Shown here: piece after piece, positions 38,127-48,132 of the stretch
Position numbering within the stretch: the stretch's first letter is position 1
How the letters are laid out: each line of letters opens with the position of its first letter
Origin: a virus
Lineage: Duplodnaviria; Caudoviricetes
Virus record (IMG/VR): IMGVR_UViG_3300037067_013676
Span: 24,535 to 88,534 of that record
Length of the DNA stretch: 64,000 nucleotides
Strand: one strand, 5' to 3'
Notes under the pieces: generated by a model
Databases searched by the model: none
Told to the model about the DNA's origin: nothing
The model's input: only the letters and a program-made list of their open reading frames with translations
Program-made: the position numbers and the translations under genes

Positions 38127-38515
38127 TAAGAATCAGACTCCTTAAAAGTAACGGAAATGTCAAACATTGAAACATTGCCCGCAAACCAAATTCTTCTGTA
38201 ACTCATAAATCTTCCAAATATTGTTTGATTGTCATGAGTAACTATTTTTACTTTTTCGCCAAAATTTATATATTCTTCTATTTGATTTCTAAAAGCAGCA
38301 GTAGTATCAGCCCAGAAGAATTCTATAGAACCTTTATTTCTTCTTACTTCTGGAGTAACATAAGCTTCGCCACCATTAGCTAAAGTAATGGTTTGAATAG
38401 TAGAATTAATTTGTTTTTCTATATCACTATTTGGTCTTGGTAGAGAAGTATCTACCACCCAACTTATTCCATCCGACTCAATTGTGAACACTGTCCAATC
38501 ATAGGTTTTTGACAT
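38126..38515 (-). CDS. distal tail protein-like
   Basis: Small beta-rich gene immediately after the tape measure gene. Confidence 0.55.
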   Translation of the reverse strand: MSKTYDWTVFTIESDGISWVVDTSLPRPNSDIEKQINSTIQTITLANGGEAYVTPEVRRNKGSIEFFWADTTAAFRNQIEEYINFGEKVKIVTHDNQTIFGRFMSYRRIWFAGNVSMFDISVTFKESDS

Positions 38516-38527
38516 TGTTTATTCCTT

Positions 38528-41500
38528 TTACTCTACCGAAGCCATGCGACTTGAAATTGAAAATTCTTCATCAAGAGAACTTTTTGCTGAAAAATAAGAG
38601 CTGCTGGGAAGTATATACGTGCGAATATCAGTTCTGAGGGCTATTAGATTACGATTTACCAATTCTAACTGTTTATTTGTTACATTTATTTTAGAAGAAA
38701 TAGTATTAGTAGAAGTTCTACTTTCAGTTGAGGTTTTTTCCCCTCCACTACTAAACATAGTAAGAGCTAAACCAGCTGCAACAGCGGCTAAAGCAATCCA
38801 TCCAACTGGACCAATTGCAGCTAAACCAGCCCCAATACCACCCATTAAACTACCTCCACCAAGTCCAGCGGCAGCACCCCCCATAGAAGCTGCCATGGCA
38901 GCATTTGTAGCCATATATCCACCAAACCCAGCTCCAAAAGAACTTAAAGCTCCCATAGCTCCTAAAGCTCCAACTCCCATTAATCCTTGTCCAATAGCAC
39001 CTCGCTGATTTGATCCACTACTTCTAGCAGAAGAATAAGCAGAATATCCTAACATACCCCCTGCCATCATAGAATTTGCAGTTTGATTTTTTCCACTTAA
39101 AAGATTTCCCCAGAAACCTCCGCTAGTGTTAGGAGTAACAGTTCCAGTATCAGGATTATAAAATGCAGTTTGTCCAAGCGAACCAACGGTACTTTGAAAC
39201 ATTGGTTGTCCTTTTATTGTACTAGAAGTACCACTCCAACCAGCAATCCTAGCAGCTACACCACCTTTAGTTACATTTAATCCATCAACATGTCCTCTTT
39301 TAATTAAATCATACACTACTTTATGACCATTTTCAATTTGACCTTTAAGTCCCTGCATTGTTTCACCAAAAAACTCACCAAGACCAGTATCCCTGACTAA
39401 AAACTTGCCCATAGATTCTGCTATTGTGGTTCTAAAACTTTCTCCCATAGCATTAACTATACTGGTAAACACATTACCATCTTTACCAGATAATATATCT
39501 TTAAAGGTAGAAGTAGCAGCTGATTCTAATAAATCACTTTGTTCTTTAATTTTCTCAGCAATTTTTTCTTGTAATTCATAAACAAGTTTTAATTGTTCAT
39601 ATCTGGATTTTTCAGAACTTTGTAATAATTCATCAGTTTTATATTGTTCAATTTTCCATTTTAAAATTTGTTCTTCTGTATAACCGTTTAAACTTAACAT
39701 TTTAGCTTGATGATTAAGTAAAGTAGTACGTTCTTTTATATCTTCTTCAGCTTTTTTTTGTATTTCTTCAGCTTTTGTTATTAACTCCAATTCTTTCTCA
39801 GATAAACCAATAACAGCTAAACGGCTTTCTATTTCTTTATTAAATCTAGATTCTATTTTATCACGTATTTTTTCTAGATTTTCTATTTCTTTAGGAGCTT
39901 CTTCTTTATTATATTTACTAAGAGCAACCAACCAAGAATCTTTACCAACTGTTTTTCTTAAATTCATTAACTTAATTTCTATATTAGCTAAATCATTGCT
40001 TTCTTTAGTAAAATCTAATCTAACTTCTTCAGAGATTCTAGATTTTATAGCACCTTGCAAATCAAGTGGATCAAATGTTTTACCCCCAATAGCAGTATTA
40101 ATTTGTGAAAGAAATTTATTTATTTGTTCTTTCTGAGTTTCTGGAGCTTCCTGTAATTTTTTATTATATTTATCTCTGAGTTCTATTAATTTTTGTAATG
40201 ATATTAATTCGTTTTCCCTAGCCTGTTTTAATAGTAGGGCTTCAGTTAAACGTTCTTTTTCTTGATTTATTAAAGATTGGTTTTTATCTACAAAATAAGA
40301 AATTCCATCAGCAAGCCCCTTTAACATATCTATTGCATTTTTAAAAGGTGTTGTATCCCCAATAGTATTAACTAAAGAAATCCAACTGCTTTGCATTTGT
40401 TTCATTTTTATTGTTGTAGTATTCTGCATAATCTGGAAATCTCTATAAGCTTCCCCAGATGATTTTAAACTAGTTATTTCAGCGGATATAGCTTTTTTAT
40501 AATTTTGCATTAAAGCTATGAAAGGAGTTAATTGTCTTCTAGAACCAACTTGAGTAGCTAAAGTTATTTTTTGTGATTCATTTAAAGTATCCCATGATAA
40601 CGCCAAATCATCTATAACATCACTAGCAGATCTAAAAATATGAGTTGTTTCCATAACAGCTTTACCAGTTGCGGTTTGATAAATAGGAACTTTAGCGGTA
40701 ATCTGAATAGTTTCTTTAGCTACTGTCAACAAGCGAGAATAAATCATTTGTAAAGCGTTAGCAGCTTGGGATCCAGTTTTTCTTGTAACTTCTATTATAG
40801 CTGTAACATGTCCAAGAAATTTATCATATGAAATTCCCAATGCAGATGCAGAAGCTCCCGCTGTTTTAGTAGCCTCCGCCAAATCTTTTGAAGTTACAGC
40901 AAATTCTTTTTGAACTGCTTGCCATTTATCTACAATAGACAAACTACTGCTTATATGTAGATTATAAGCTTTAGTAGCTGCGGTTAAATCTTCACTAACT
41001 TCCACTATACTTTTACCAAGAATAACTGAAGCTATCATACTATTTCTAGTCATATTTATAGTTTCATTTATAGTAAGACCCTGTTGAGCAAATATTTTTG
41101 CCGCATTTAATGCTTCAGTTGCAGAAACACCAAACATTTTACTCATAGTTAATAAAGAAGAACCTAAATTTTTATATTCTTCCTCCGTACCTTTTCCAAC
41201 TATTCTAATTTGAGCCATTGCTGTTTCAAATTCTATTAAAAATTTAACACTGCCAGAAATACCATTTATTAAACCCATAAAAACACTTCTAAGAGCCATC
41301 CAGATAGGAATAACCGCAATAGCTCTCATTGCAAGTTTAGATTGTGTAGCTAATAAAGAACCATGACTTTTATCTAATTTATTTACATCTAATACTGATT
41401 TTTGATAAGTTAACTGTAAGTTAGTTAGAGCTTTTCTATAAGAACCAACTGTCATACTGCCACTAGCAAAATTTTTCTGTATGTTAGCTAAAGAAGCTTC

Positions 41501-41764
41501 ATAAGATTTGCCTATTTGTGCTGATACCTGACCTTCAGCAGTTGCTTTAGTTATATAACCATATCTTCCAGAAGGCTGATAACCCATATAACTAGTTGAA
41601 GCAGTTTGAACAGTACTGCCTCTATGAAAAGCCTTAACTCCAAGAGCTTCTCGTGCTTGTGCTTGGAATCTACCTAAATCAGCTCTAGCCTGTTCTAATC
41701 CTTTATTTTTATATTCAGTGACAAAATTAATTACATAATTTAATTGTTCAGTATTTGCTGGCAT
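38528..41764 (-). CDS. tape measure protein
   Basis: 1078 aa, helical; TP901-like core (FETAMAQIR...MFGVSATEAL...DKWQAV..EFAVTSKDLAEA...GHVTA..EVTR.TGSQAANAL); Gly/Ala-rich hydrophobic C-terminus. Confidence 0.92.
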   Translation of the reverse strand: MPANTEQLNYVINFVTEYKNKGLEQARADLGRFQAQAREALGVKAFHRGSTVQTASTSYMGYQPSGRYGYITKATAEGQVSAQIGKSYEASLANIQKNFASGSMTVGSYRKALTNLQLTYQKSVLDVNKLDKSHGSLLATQSKLAMRAIAVIPIWMALRSVFMGLINGISGSVKFLIEFETAMAQIRIVGKGTEEEYKNLGSSLLTMSKMFGVSATEALNAAKIFAQQGLTINETINMTRNSMIASVILGKSIVEVSEDLTAATKAYNLHISSSLSIVDKWQAVQKEFAVTSKDLAEATKTAGASASALGISYDKFLGHVTAIIEVTRKTGSQAANALQMIYSRLLTVAKETIQITAKVPIYQTATGKAVMETTHIFRSASDVIDDLALSWDTLNESQKITLATQVGSRRQLTPFIALMQNYKKAISAEITSLKSSGEAYRDFQIMQNTTTIKMKQMQSSWISLVNTIGDTTPFKNAIDMLKGLADGISYFVDKNQSLINQEKERLTEALLLKQARENELISLQKLIELRDKYNKKLQEAPETQKEQINKFLSQINTAIGGKTFDPLDLQGAIKSRISEEVRLDFTKESNDLANIEIKLMNLRKTVGKDSWLVALSKYNKEEAPKEIENLEKIRDKIESRFNKEIESRLAVIGLSEKELELITKAEEIQKKAEEDIKERTTLLNHQAKMLSLNGYTEEQILKWKIEQYKTDELLQSSEKSRYEQLKLVYELQEKIAEKIKEQSDLLESAATSTFKDILSGKDGNVFTSIVNAMGESFRTTIAESMGKFLVRDTGLGEFFGETMQGLKGQIENGHKVVYDLIKRGHVDGLNVTKGGVAARIAGWSGTSSTIKGQPMFQSTVGSLGQTAFYNPDTGTVTPNTSGGFWGNLLSGKNQTANSMMAGGMLGYSAYSSARSSGSNQRGAIGQGLMGVGALGAMGALSSFGAGFGGYMATNAAMAASMGGAAAGLGGGSLMGGIGAGLAAIGPVGWIALAAVAAGLALTMFSSGGEKTSTESRTSTNTISSKINVTNKQLELVNRNLIALRTDIRTYILPSSSYFSAKSSLDEEFSISSRMASVE

Positions 41765-41765
41765 T

Positions 41766-42128
41766 TTACTTCTTCTTTTGGTTCATTTTAGATTTAAAAA
41801 TCCATTTACTCCCACCTATAACTTCTCTATCATTCTTTATATTGGTTTTTGGACTAATATTCTTTTCTTTTTTAGTTTTGTATAACATGTATGCATCTGT
41901 ATAGATGTCGTTATCCAAAACAATTTCATCTACATCTCCTAAAGCTATATCTAATAATACCGCAGAATAATAATTCAAAAATCTAAGAAATGACATCTGT
42001 ATATCAGTAAAGTTTCTGTCATTATCAAAAATCCTAATTGAAGGCATGTCTTTAGATAGAGAATAAATATTCTGAAAGTAGTTTGATTTTGAAAGTAATC
42101 TTAAATATTTATAAACGTCATTTAACAT
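41766..42128 (-). CDS. putative second tail assembly chaperone
   Basis: Position directly before the tape measure gene; 120 aa. Confidence 0.55.
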   Translation of the reverse strand: MLNDVYKYLRLLSKSNYFQNIYSLSKDMPSIRIFDNDRNFTDIQMSFLRFLNYYSAVLLDIALGDVDEIVLDNDIYTDAYMLYKTKKEKNISPKTNIKNDREVIGGSKWIFKSKMNQKKK

Positions 42129-42136
42129 TGTGGAGT

Positions 42137-42784
42137 TTACTCCAGCGACGACATAAGCGTTGTGTAATATGAGATTCTATTAGCTATTTTATCTTTATCA
42201 TTTTCAAATTCTTCCCAAGAATTCCAAATTCTAACCCAATTCTCTCCTTCTTTCTTTTCACCAATCAAATACGTAAGATAGGAGTAAGTATGTATCATAA
42301 CCTGTTGTTCTATTGATGCTTCCAAGTATTTGGTTTTTTCTATAGATAAGTCTTGAATTTCTTCATTTAGACTCTGGATTTCTTTTTTGAAAGTTTCTAA
42401 ATCAGGTATTGGGGCTTTATTTTTAATAGCTTCCCCCAACCTAAACATTAAATCATCTCTACTATTCATTTTTTCTCTAATTTTCTTAGTCATTCCATCA
42501 ATATCTATACCTCTCTTTAGATACAGTTCTTTTAAGTCTTTTTCAAGAACAAATTTATCATTTCTAAGAAGTTCGGTAAACTTCTCTATTTTCTTCTCAT
42601 AGGTTTCTTTCTTTTGTTTAGCATCTGGTTTTTTAACTCTATAAGTTATACCATTTTCCTCAAAAATCTTTTCATTACTTTTAATTAGTTCTTCTACTTC
42701 ACCAATATTAAGTATTTCAGTAATCTTATCTTTTACTTCTTTGATTTCTAATTCTTTTTTCTGTTCTTCAGTTAAATTCTCCAT
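42137..42784 (-). CDS. putative tail assembly chaperone
   Basis: Acidic/helical; likely ATG 42784 (MENLTEEQ) after AGGAG; lies between tail tube and tape measure. Confidence 0.6.
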   Translation of the reverse strand: MENLTEEQKKELEIKEVKDKITEILNIGEVEELIKSNEKIFEENGITYRVKKPDAKQKKETYEKKIEKFTELLRNDKFVLEKDLKELYLKRGIDIDGMTKKIREKMNSRDDLMFRLGEAIKNKAPIPDLETFKKEIQSLNEEIQDLSIEKTKYLEASIEQQVMIHTYSYLTYLIGEKKEGENWVRIWNSWEEFENDKDKIANRISYYTTLMSSLE

Positions 42785-42785
42785 A

Positions 42786-43049
42786 TTAAGACTTCTCCTT
42801 ATTTTGTGGTTTGTTAAAATGAAAAAAGGACATTTCCATCCCTTCACTGTAGGACTTAAATATTTCCATAAGATCCCTTGAGTTCTCATATATAAGTTCT
42901 TTTAATTCTTTTTTTAGAAGTTCTTTGTCGTCAAATAAGTCAAAACGCTTGAGCATTTTTCCTGACAATTTGGATGCAAAAAATGGAAGGACTTGTAGTG
43001 CGTAGTTTACGAATAGTTCTTTTTCTGTGAGGATCTTATTTGTGTCCAT
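42786..43049 (-). CDS. hypothetical protein
   Basis: 87-aa ORF with SD AAGGA. Confidence 0.6.
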   Translation of the reverse strand: MDTNKILTEKELFVNYALQVLPFFASKLSGKMLKRFDLFDDKELLKKELKELIYENSRDLMEIFKSYSEGMEMSFFHFNKPQNKEKS

Positions 43050-43068
43050 ATTTTTTCCTTATTTTTGT

Positions 43069-43098
43069 GGAGGGGAAAGTTTTTAGGCAATCCCCTCC
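43069..43098. terminator. GC-rich stem-loop after the tail tube gene
   Basis: GGAGGGGA (43069-76) / TCCCCTCC (43091-98). The T-rich tail is on the + side only, so it is either a + strand terminator or a 3' stabiliser of tail tube mRNA. Confidence 0.5.
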
Positions 43099-43128
43099 GT
43101 TTATTAATTAAATCTTACTTAACTAAAA

Positions 43129-44361
43129 TTAAGCGTCTATAGTAGCAGAAGAATTACTTATCGTTAAATTATCCGATTCTAATGTTACATTACGTTGGCT
43201 ATATGCATTTAATGGCACAGAAGCATCAAAAGAAGTTGGAGCCAAACCTGTAACTTTATAACCAATGTTAAAACTAGTTTTAGCAGAATTACCAAAAAGT
43301 TTTACTCTTAAAGTAGTATTATCAGTATATTCACGAATACTTAATTTACCATAACCAGCAGCTTTACCTCTCAAAACTTCTTCAACAGTATAAGCTTCCA
43401 AAATCCTACCCAAAGTAACTCTAACAGTTTTATCATTTACACCTCTTTGCACAACTTCTTTATTACCAATTTCATAATAATCACTTCTATCAAAAGACAC
43501 GTCTATTGCAACACTTTGCAATCTATATACATAATTATTAGCGGAAACATAAAGATATATACTTGCATTTTCAGCAACTAAAGTAGCGGCGTCTGTATCG
43601 TTGTTTGTGAATGGAGTTAGTCCAGTCATATAAGCCCCAGCAGAATAATAAACTTTATAAATATCTGTAGCGGCAGAAGCATAAACAGTTAAAGTTCCAG
43701 CAGAATAAGTATAAGTATCAGAACCAGAAGTGGGTTGAACTGAAGAATAAGTTAATTCCGTAGTAGTTCCATCAGCAATTACTCTCAAAACTCTAAACAA
43801 ATATTGTCCAGAATTATCTGGGTCTGCAACTGGCGTAGGATTTTCTATTGTAACTGTTTGAACTCCAGAACCAGAAACAGTGCCTCTTTTATAATTAAAA
43901 TATTTATTATCGCCCTGAAGAACAATTTCATCTTCACCTATAAAACTAAAATTTCTCTCAATATTAGCTTGGGTATCTCCAATATTTATACCAAAACCAG
44001 AAGTTCTTAATTTTGGATACCAAACACTACCAAGAAAAGTTCCACTATCATTAGTTTTATAACCAACTATATCAATCATTGAGGTTTTAAAATCATTCAA
44101 ATCAATACTTGTTTCGTTATCACTAACATTAGCAACTTTTCTCCAAAAGTTTAAAGTACCATATTCTAATTGTCTAGCGGTTACAGTAGTAGAAGGAATT
44201 CTTTGTCTCCAATCTACAATTCCATCTCTGCCGACTTCTCTTATTTTTTCCCTATTTGATGTTGGTGTTGCTGTGAGATCCTGAAGTCTATCAATTTGTG
44301 CAGGAGCAATATCTCCATTAAATGGATAAACGGAAAGTTCGAAGTTACTCGTGTGAATCAT
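43129..44361 (-). CDS. major tail tube protein
   Basis: 410 aa, beta-rich, after the tail terminator gene; strong SD AGGAGG; followed by a stem-loop and chaperone genes. Confidence 0.75.
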   Translation of the reverse strand: MIHTSNFELSVYPFNGDIAPAQIDRLQDLTATPTSNREKIREVGRDGIVDWRQRIPSTTVTARQLEYGTLNFWRKVANVSDNETSIDLNDFKTSMIDIVGYKTNDSGTFLGSVWYPKLRTSGFGINIGDTQANIERNFSFIGEDEIVLQGDNKYFNYKRGTVSGSGVQTVTIENPTPVADPDNSGQYLFRVLRVIADGTTTELTYSSVQPTSGSDTYTYSAGTLTVYASAATDIYKVYYSAGAYMTGLTPFTNNDTDAATLVAENASIYLYVSANNYVYRLQSVAIDVSFDRSDYYEIGNKEVVQRGVNDKTVRVTLGRILEAYTVEEVLRGKAAGYGKLSIREYTDNTTLRVKLFGNSAKTSFNIGYKVTGLAPTSFDASVPLNAYSQRNVTLESDNLTISNSSATIDA

Positions 44362-44443
44362 TTTTTATACGACCTCCTAAGTCGTTGAGTATTTTTAGCC
44401 TTTATCTCTCCATAGATAAAAACTACTCAATTATTTTGTTAAT

Positions 44444-45085
44444 TTATGAACTAAAAGATTCTTTAAACCTCTTAGCCATAGTTAGTATCTCAATAGAAAA
44501 AACCTTAGCCATTTCATTTAAATAATACATTGGTGTAAATGTTCGTGGTTTGATATAATAGGTTCTATCGCTACCATATTTACCTCTTCTAGCACTGTAA
44601 GGTGAATGATGAAAAGCTTCTCCCCTAATACCACTATTAGGTCCTTTTCCTCTACCAAAATAACCTACTGTTGGTGGTGGAAGAAATCTGCCACCGTTAT
44701 ACTTAGAACCGTAATTGAGAACATACCAATAACCACAGTAAGTATTTAAAAATCTTTTTTCTCCAATTCCTAATTTATAACCTTCGTTAGTTTTAATTAT
44801 ATTAGTACTTTTTTCAAAACAATTGTATAAATTATTCTTTAATGTAAATCTAAATCCTTCTTTTTTACCAAACATAGTATGTTCTTCAGCTTTTCTTTGT
44901 CTATGATTATTTATATACATCTGCAAATGTTTCAAAACCTTTTTTTCTAAAGCCGTTAGACTAACATTATTTGGTAGTTTCGCTTCAATAGTTTTAATAA
45001 ATTTCTCTATACTTCTACCACGTTTTTCAGTAACTTTAATACGAAAATCCAAACGTCCAGCTGGCATAGGATAAGTTACGGACAT
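44444..45085 (-). CDS. tail completion/neck protein (HK97 gp10-like position)
   Basis: Basic protein with YWYVLNYGS; position in the head-tail block. Confidence 0.5.
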   Translation of the reverse strand: MSVTYPMPAGRLDFRIKVTEKRGRSIEKFIKTIEAKLPNNVSLTALEKKVLKHLQMYINNHRQRKAEEHTMFGKKEGFRFTLKNNLYNCFEKSTNIIKTNEGYKLGIGEKRFLNTYCGYWYVLNYGSKYNGGRFLPPPTVGYFGRGKGPNSGIRGEAFHHSPYSARRGKYGSDRTYYIKPRTFTPMYYLNEMAKVFSIEILTMAKRFKESFSS

Positions 45086-45549
45086 TAATCTTTCCTCATA
45101 TTCACAGAAACGTGGAATCTATGCTGATCCCATTTATCTGCGTCTTCACCAAAGTCTAGTGCAGTATTACTTAAATAGTCTTTTACGTGTAACCTACCAT
45201 TAGCTACTTTAGTTAAGGTTTCGGGTGCCCCACTCGTTTGGCTAAAATCATAATAAACGCATCCGTCTTTTAATTTATCCATAATAAAATAAGCTAAATC
45301 ATTTTTTTGCCCTTCCGAATTAGCGAAAATGTCTATAACTATATTATAATCATATAACAAAGTATTACTACCAACTTCTAGTCTAGTTGGGGGGAATTCC
45401 CTCAATCTAACACACACTACAGGTAGAGTAGTTTTATAAGCTTGAGTAAATGATTTAATTGTTGTAACATTTGACCAACTACTATTAATAGATTCTTTGA
45501 TATAATCTATTACTGATAATTCTACACATCTAGCTGGTTGAAAGTACAT
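45085..45549 (-). CDS. tail terminator-like protein
   Basis: LPVVCV...LEVGS...IVIDIFA.SEGQKNDL..FI pattern; position. Confidence 0.6.
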   Translation of the reverse strand: MYFQPARCVELSVIDYIKESINSSWSNVTTIKSFTQAYKTTLPVVCVRLREFPPTRLEVGSNTLLYDYNIVIDIFANSEGQKNDLAYFIMDKLKDGCVYYDFSQTSGAPETLTKVANGRLHVKDYLSNTALDFGEDADKWDQHRFHVSVNMRKD

Positions 45550-45951
45550 TTATTCGTTTTTCCTTAATACCACTCTTAGTAATCTGAATGGTCTTTTTGT
45601 TATTAAAGCACGCTTACCCGTAGCTTCTCTAAAAATACTGTAGTCTTTACTATCTATTACTATTCTATTACAATTTCTAAAATAATCTTCGTACTTATCT
45701 TCCACCAAAATTTCCACCAAACCCTGTTCACTAAGTCCATACTGCTTATATATTAATTTGGTGCTATCCACTTCACGTACATATCCACGTATTGTATGAG
45801 AATTCAAATTAGTATATGTGTAATTTTGTTCCTCTGAATCAAAATCTTCACCAATTTGTTTTTGTGCAAAATAAACGTTTATTTTTGTTGCAATATAGCT
45901 ATGGCTTAATAAATCACTTATAAATTTATTTTTTTTATGAATATTAATCAT
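45550..45951 (-). CDS. head closure/stopper-like protein
   Basis: IRGYVRE...KQYGL.EQG.VEILV...IVID.KDY.I; position. Confidence 0.6.
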   Translation of the reverse strand: MINIHKKNKFISDLLSHSYIATKINVYFAQKQIGEDFDSEEQNYTYTNLNSHTIRGYVREVDSTKLIYKQYGLSEQGLVEILVEDKYEDYFRNCNRIVIDSKDYSIFREATGKRALITKRPFRLLRVVLRKNE

Positions 45952-46636
45952 AAATTAAACTCCAAGTTTGTTTTTTAAGTTTATAATGGCATTTTTTACA
46001 TAGTGTTTGACCATTATTTATATCCCAAAAAGATTTGTATGTAATAGCAAGTCTTATAAGAGTTTCTTTGTCTTCAAGAGGCGAAAACTGTGAATAACTT
46101 TGTAAAAAATTGTCTAGTAATTTAGCAAATGGAATCTTATGATGACACTCTAAATTACCACCTTTAGCATCACCACATTCTTGGCAAGTGTAGTTATCTC
46201 TTTTATAAACTTGGTTTCTCCATTGTTTAAATTCATTTAAGGTTTTTATTAGTTGACCTAAAGAAGTCTTCCAATTTTTAAAATTTGGATTTAATTCGCC
46301 ATTTCTCTTAATCCCAAACATAGGATTTTTTTCTCCATCATATTCACCTCTATGAGCTTTGCAAGCACAACATTGACAGTTTGGCTTATGAATAGTGATT
46401 CTTATTTTAGCATTATAAATATTACTACATTTAACACACCTTTTAGACATATACCCAACTTCTTTTCCACAGTTTACACAGTAATGTTTTTTTAATGTTT
46501 CTCCGTGTTTTAAAGAACTAATTTTTCTTGCACAACTATTACACCTTTTATGTCTATAATAATAAGCATTTCTAGATAATTGTTTTCCACAATCCATACA
46601 ATAAATTATTTTACTTTTTTTGTGTATATTAAGCAT
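45944..46636 (-). CDS. free-standing HNH homing endonuclease (family B)
   Basis: RDNYTCQECG..GGNLECHHK...WDINNGQTLCKKCH. Confidence 0.87.
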   Translation of the reverse strand: MLNIHKKSKIIYCMDCGKQLSRNAYYYRHKRCNSCARKISSLKHGETLKKHYCVNCGKEVGYMSKRCVKCSNIYNAKIRITIHKPNCQCCACKAHRGEYDGEKNPMFGIKRNGELNPNFKNWKTSLGQLIKTLNEFKQWRNQVYKRDNYTCQECGDAKGGNLECHHKIPFAKLLDNFLQSYSQFSPLEDKETLIRLAITYKSFWDINNGQTLCKKCHYKLKKQTWSLIYD

Positions 46637-46742
46637 ATTTTGACTTTGTGATACTCTATTTTCAATTATTTCTATTTATAAGTAACTTTCTACACTTACA
46701 GTATAATCGTTGAACCTTGGGGCTTCTGTGTTAAAAAAATGA

Positions 46743-47267
46743 CTACTTTATAAGAAGAAGGAGTCTTGTTCCAGCAGAAATTCCGCCACGACCAAATTCT
46801 TCAAGAGTTGCCTTTCCAGTTCTTTCACTTATCCACATCATTAATAAACCACTAAATAAAGCATTAATTAAAACATTATACCAAGCAATTCCGGCAAAAA
46901 TGAATGGGAAAAATGATAGACCTACAAAAAAACCATGCAAAAACCAATTTTCCCAGTATTCTGATTCATCACCACGCCACAGTTTAGTTAATTTATCCCA
47001 GTAAGTGCTTAAAGTTCCCCCCATTAATCCATATGACGGTATACTTAATAAGTATCCATAGTTAGAATCTGGTTTCCACCAAGTAAATAGTATAATCAAA
47101 GAAAATGCTGGTAAAACCCAATCTCTAATCCAAGATTGCCTTAGAAACAACGGTATCCATTTTTCTTCTTTTTTTTCTTCTTCTGTGATAGAACCAAGAC
47201 CGCCACAACGATAAAAAAACCCACTTAAACTTATACTGAGTAGCGTTAAAAGAATCTTAATAAACAT
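46743..47267 (-). CDS. multi-pass membrane protein
   Basis: Four to five hydrophobic segments. Confidence 0.7.
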   Translation of the reverse strand: MFIKILLTLLSISLSGFFYRCGGLGSITEEEKKEEKWIPLFLRQSWIRDWVLPAFSLIILFTWWKPDSNYGYLLSIPSYGLMGGTLSTYWDKLTKLWRGDESEYWENWFLHGFFVGLSFFPFIFAGIAWYNVLINALFSGLLMMWISERTGKATLEEFGRGGISAGTRLLLLIK

Positions 47268-47572
47268 TATTTACCAACTTTAAAATCAAGAAACAATAAT
47301 TTAATATGAACCCCAGCATATTTAAATTTTTCTAGTAAATTATTAATCGTGCCCACACTACCATATGTTGGGTGATCGGTTAAGGCCTGGCTATAACCTT
47401 TTTTATATCCTTCATTATATAAGTTTAGTTTAAAAGCATTAAATTTCATTAAAATAACTACTATAACTAATCCCACTAAGAATACACTCCAAAATCTTCG
47501 TATGGCGTGCCATACAATGTTTAGAATTGGTAATCCGTATTTAGATAAAATTGGTAATAGCCAAGCAATCAT
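47267..47572 (-). CDS. single-pass membrane protein (spanin/holin-like)
   Basis: FWSVFLVGLVIVVILM followed by a soluble tail. Confidence 0.55.
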   Translation of the reverse strand: MIAWLLPILSKYGLPILNIVWHAIRRFWSVFLVGLVIVVILMKFNAFKLNLYNEGYKKGYSQALTDHPTYGSVGTINNLLEKFKYAGVHIKLLFLDFKVGK

Positions 47573-47582
47573 GTTATTCCTC

Positions 47583-47711
47583 TTATTTTTTTACTTTCCA
47601 AATTAGAGTAGAACCAGTAGAATACAAATATCCTACAACAGCCAAAATTGCAATTACAACTCCAACATAAAATCCTCCATTAAACAGAGTTAATTTTAAT
47701 AAACTAATCAT
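47583..47711 (-). CDS. 42-aa membrane miniprotein (not in ORF track)
   Basis: SD AGGAG; MISLLKLTLFNGGFYVGVVIAILAVVGYLYSTGSTLIWKVKK*. Confidence 0.72.
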   Translation of the reverse strand: MISLLKLTLFNGGFYVGVVIAILAVVGYLYSTGSTLIWKVKK

Positions 47712-47721
47712 ATTTCTCCTA

Positions 47722-47976
47722 TTAAGGTATTAAGTTTAAATAATTAAGAATCTTCTCTTTATTTGCACCAATCCAAGTATAAATTGATTCCACGACCGCT
47801 CTTATCTTTGTAACTATAACTTTAAAAGTAGCATTAGGAATTATCGGATATAAAACATCTACAACCAATGTTATAAGTTCTTTAATAAACTTCACCACAG
47901 ATTCAGCTATACCCAATATAGTTGGAACAAACACCAATATTCTACTTTTAAGAAAATTTAATATTTTGGTTATCAT
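47722..47976 (-). CDS. amphipathic/membrane-associated protein
   Basis: 84 aa, hydrophobic helical pattern; SD GGAG. Confidence 0.6.
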   Translation of the reverse strand: MITKILNFLKSRILVFVPTILGIAESVVKFIKELITLVVDVLYPIIPNATFKVIVTKIRAVVESIYTWIGANKEKILNYLNLIP

Positions 47977-48132
47977 CTATTTCTCCTTTTTTGAAGCTTT
48001 TTCTAATAATTCTTTAACGTCATTAATGTCTTTAATCAATATCTCTTTAATCGGTAATACTTTTGAATTCAACATTAAAAGTAGTTTACTGTGATTATCA
48101 AGTATGTTAGTTATCTCTCTAAATTTATTCAT
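47977..48132 (-). CDS. hypothetical protein
   Basis: Likely start ATG 48132 (MNKFREI), overlapping the upstream miniprotein stop. Confidence 0.5.
   Translation of the reverse strand: MNKFREITNILDNHSKLLLMLNSKVLPIKEILIKDINDVKELLEKASKKEK

Noticed and set aside
42140-42180. Programmed -1 frameshift in the tail chaperones
   Set aside because: The -1 frame is open only from 42176 and contains no slippery heptamer.
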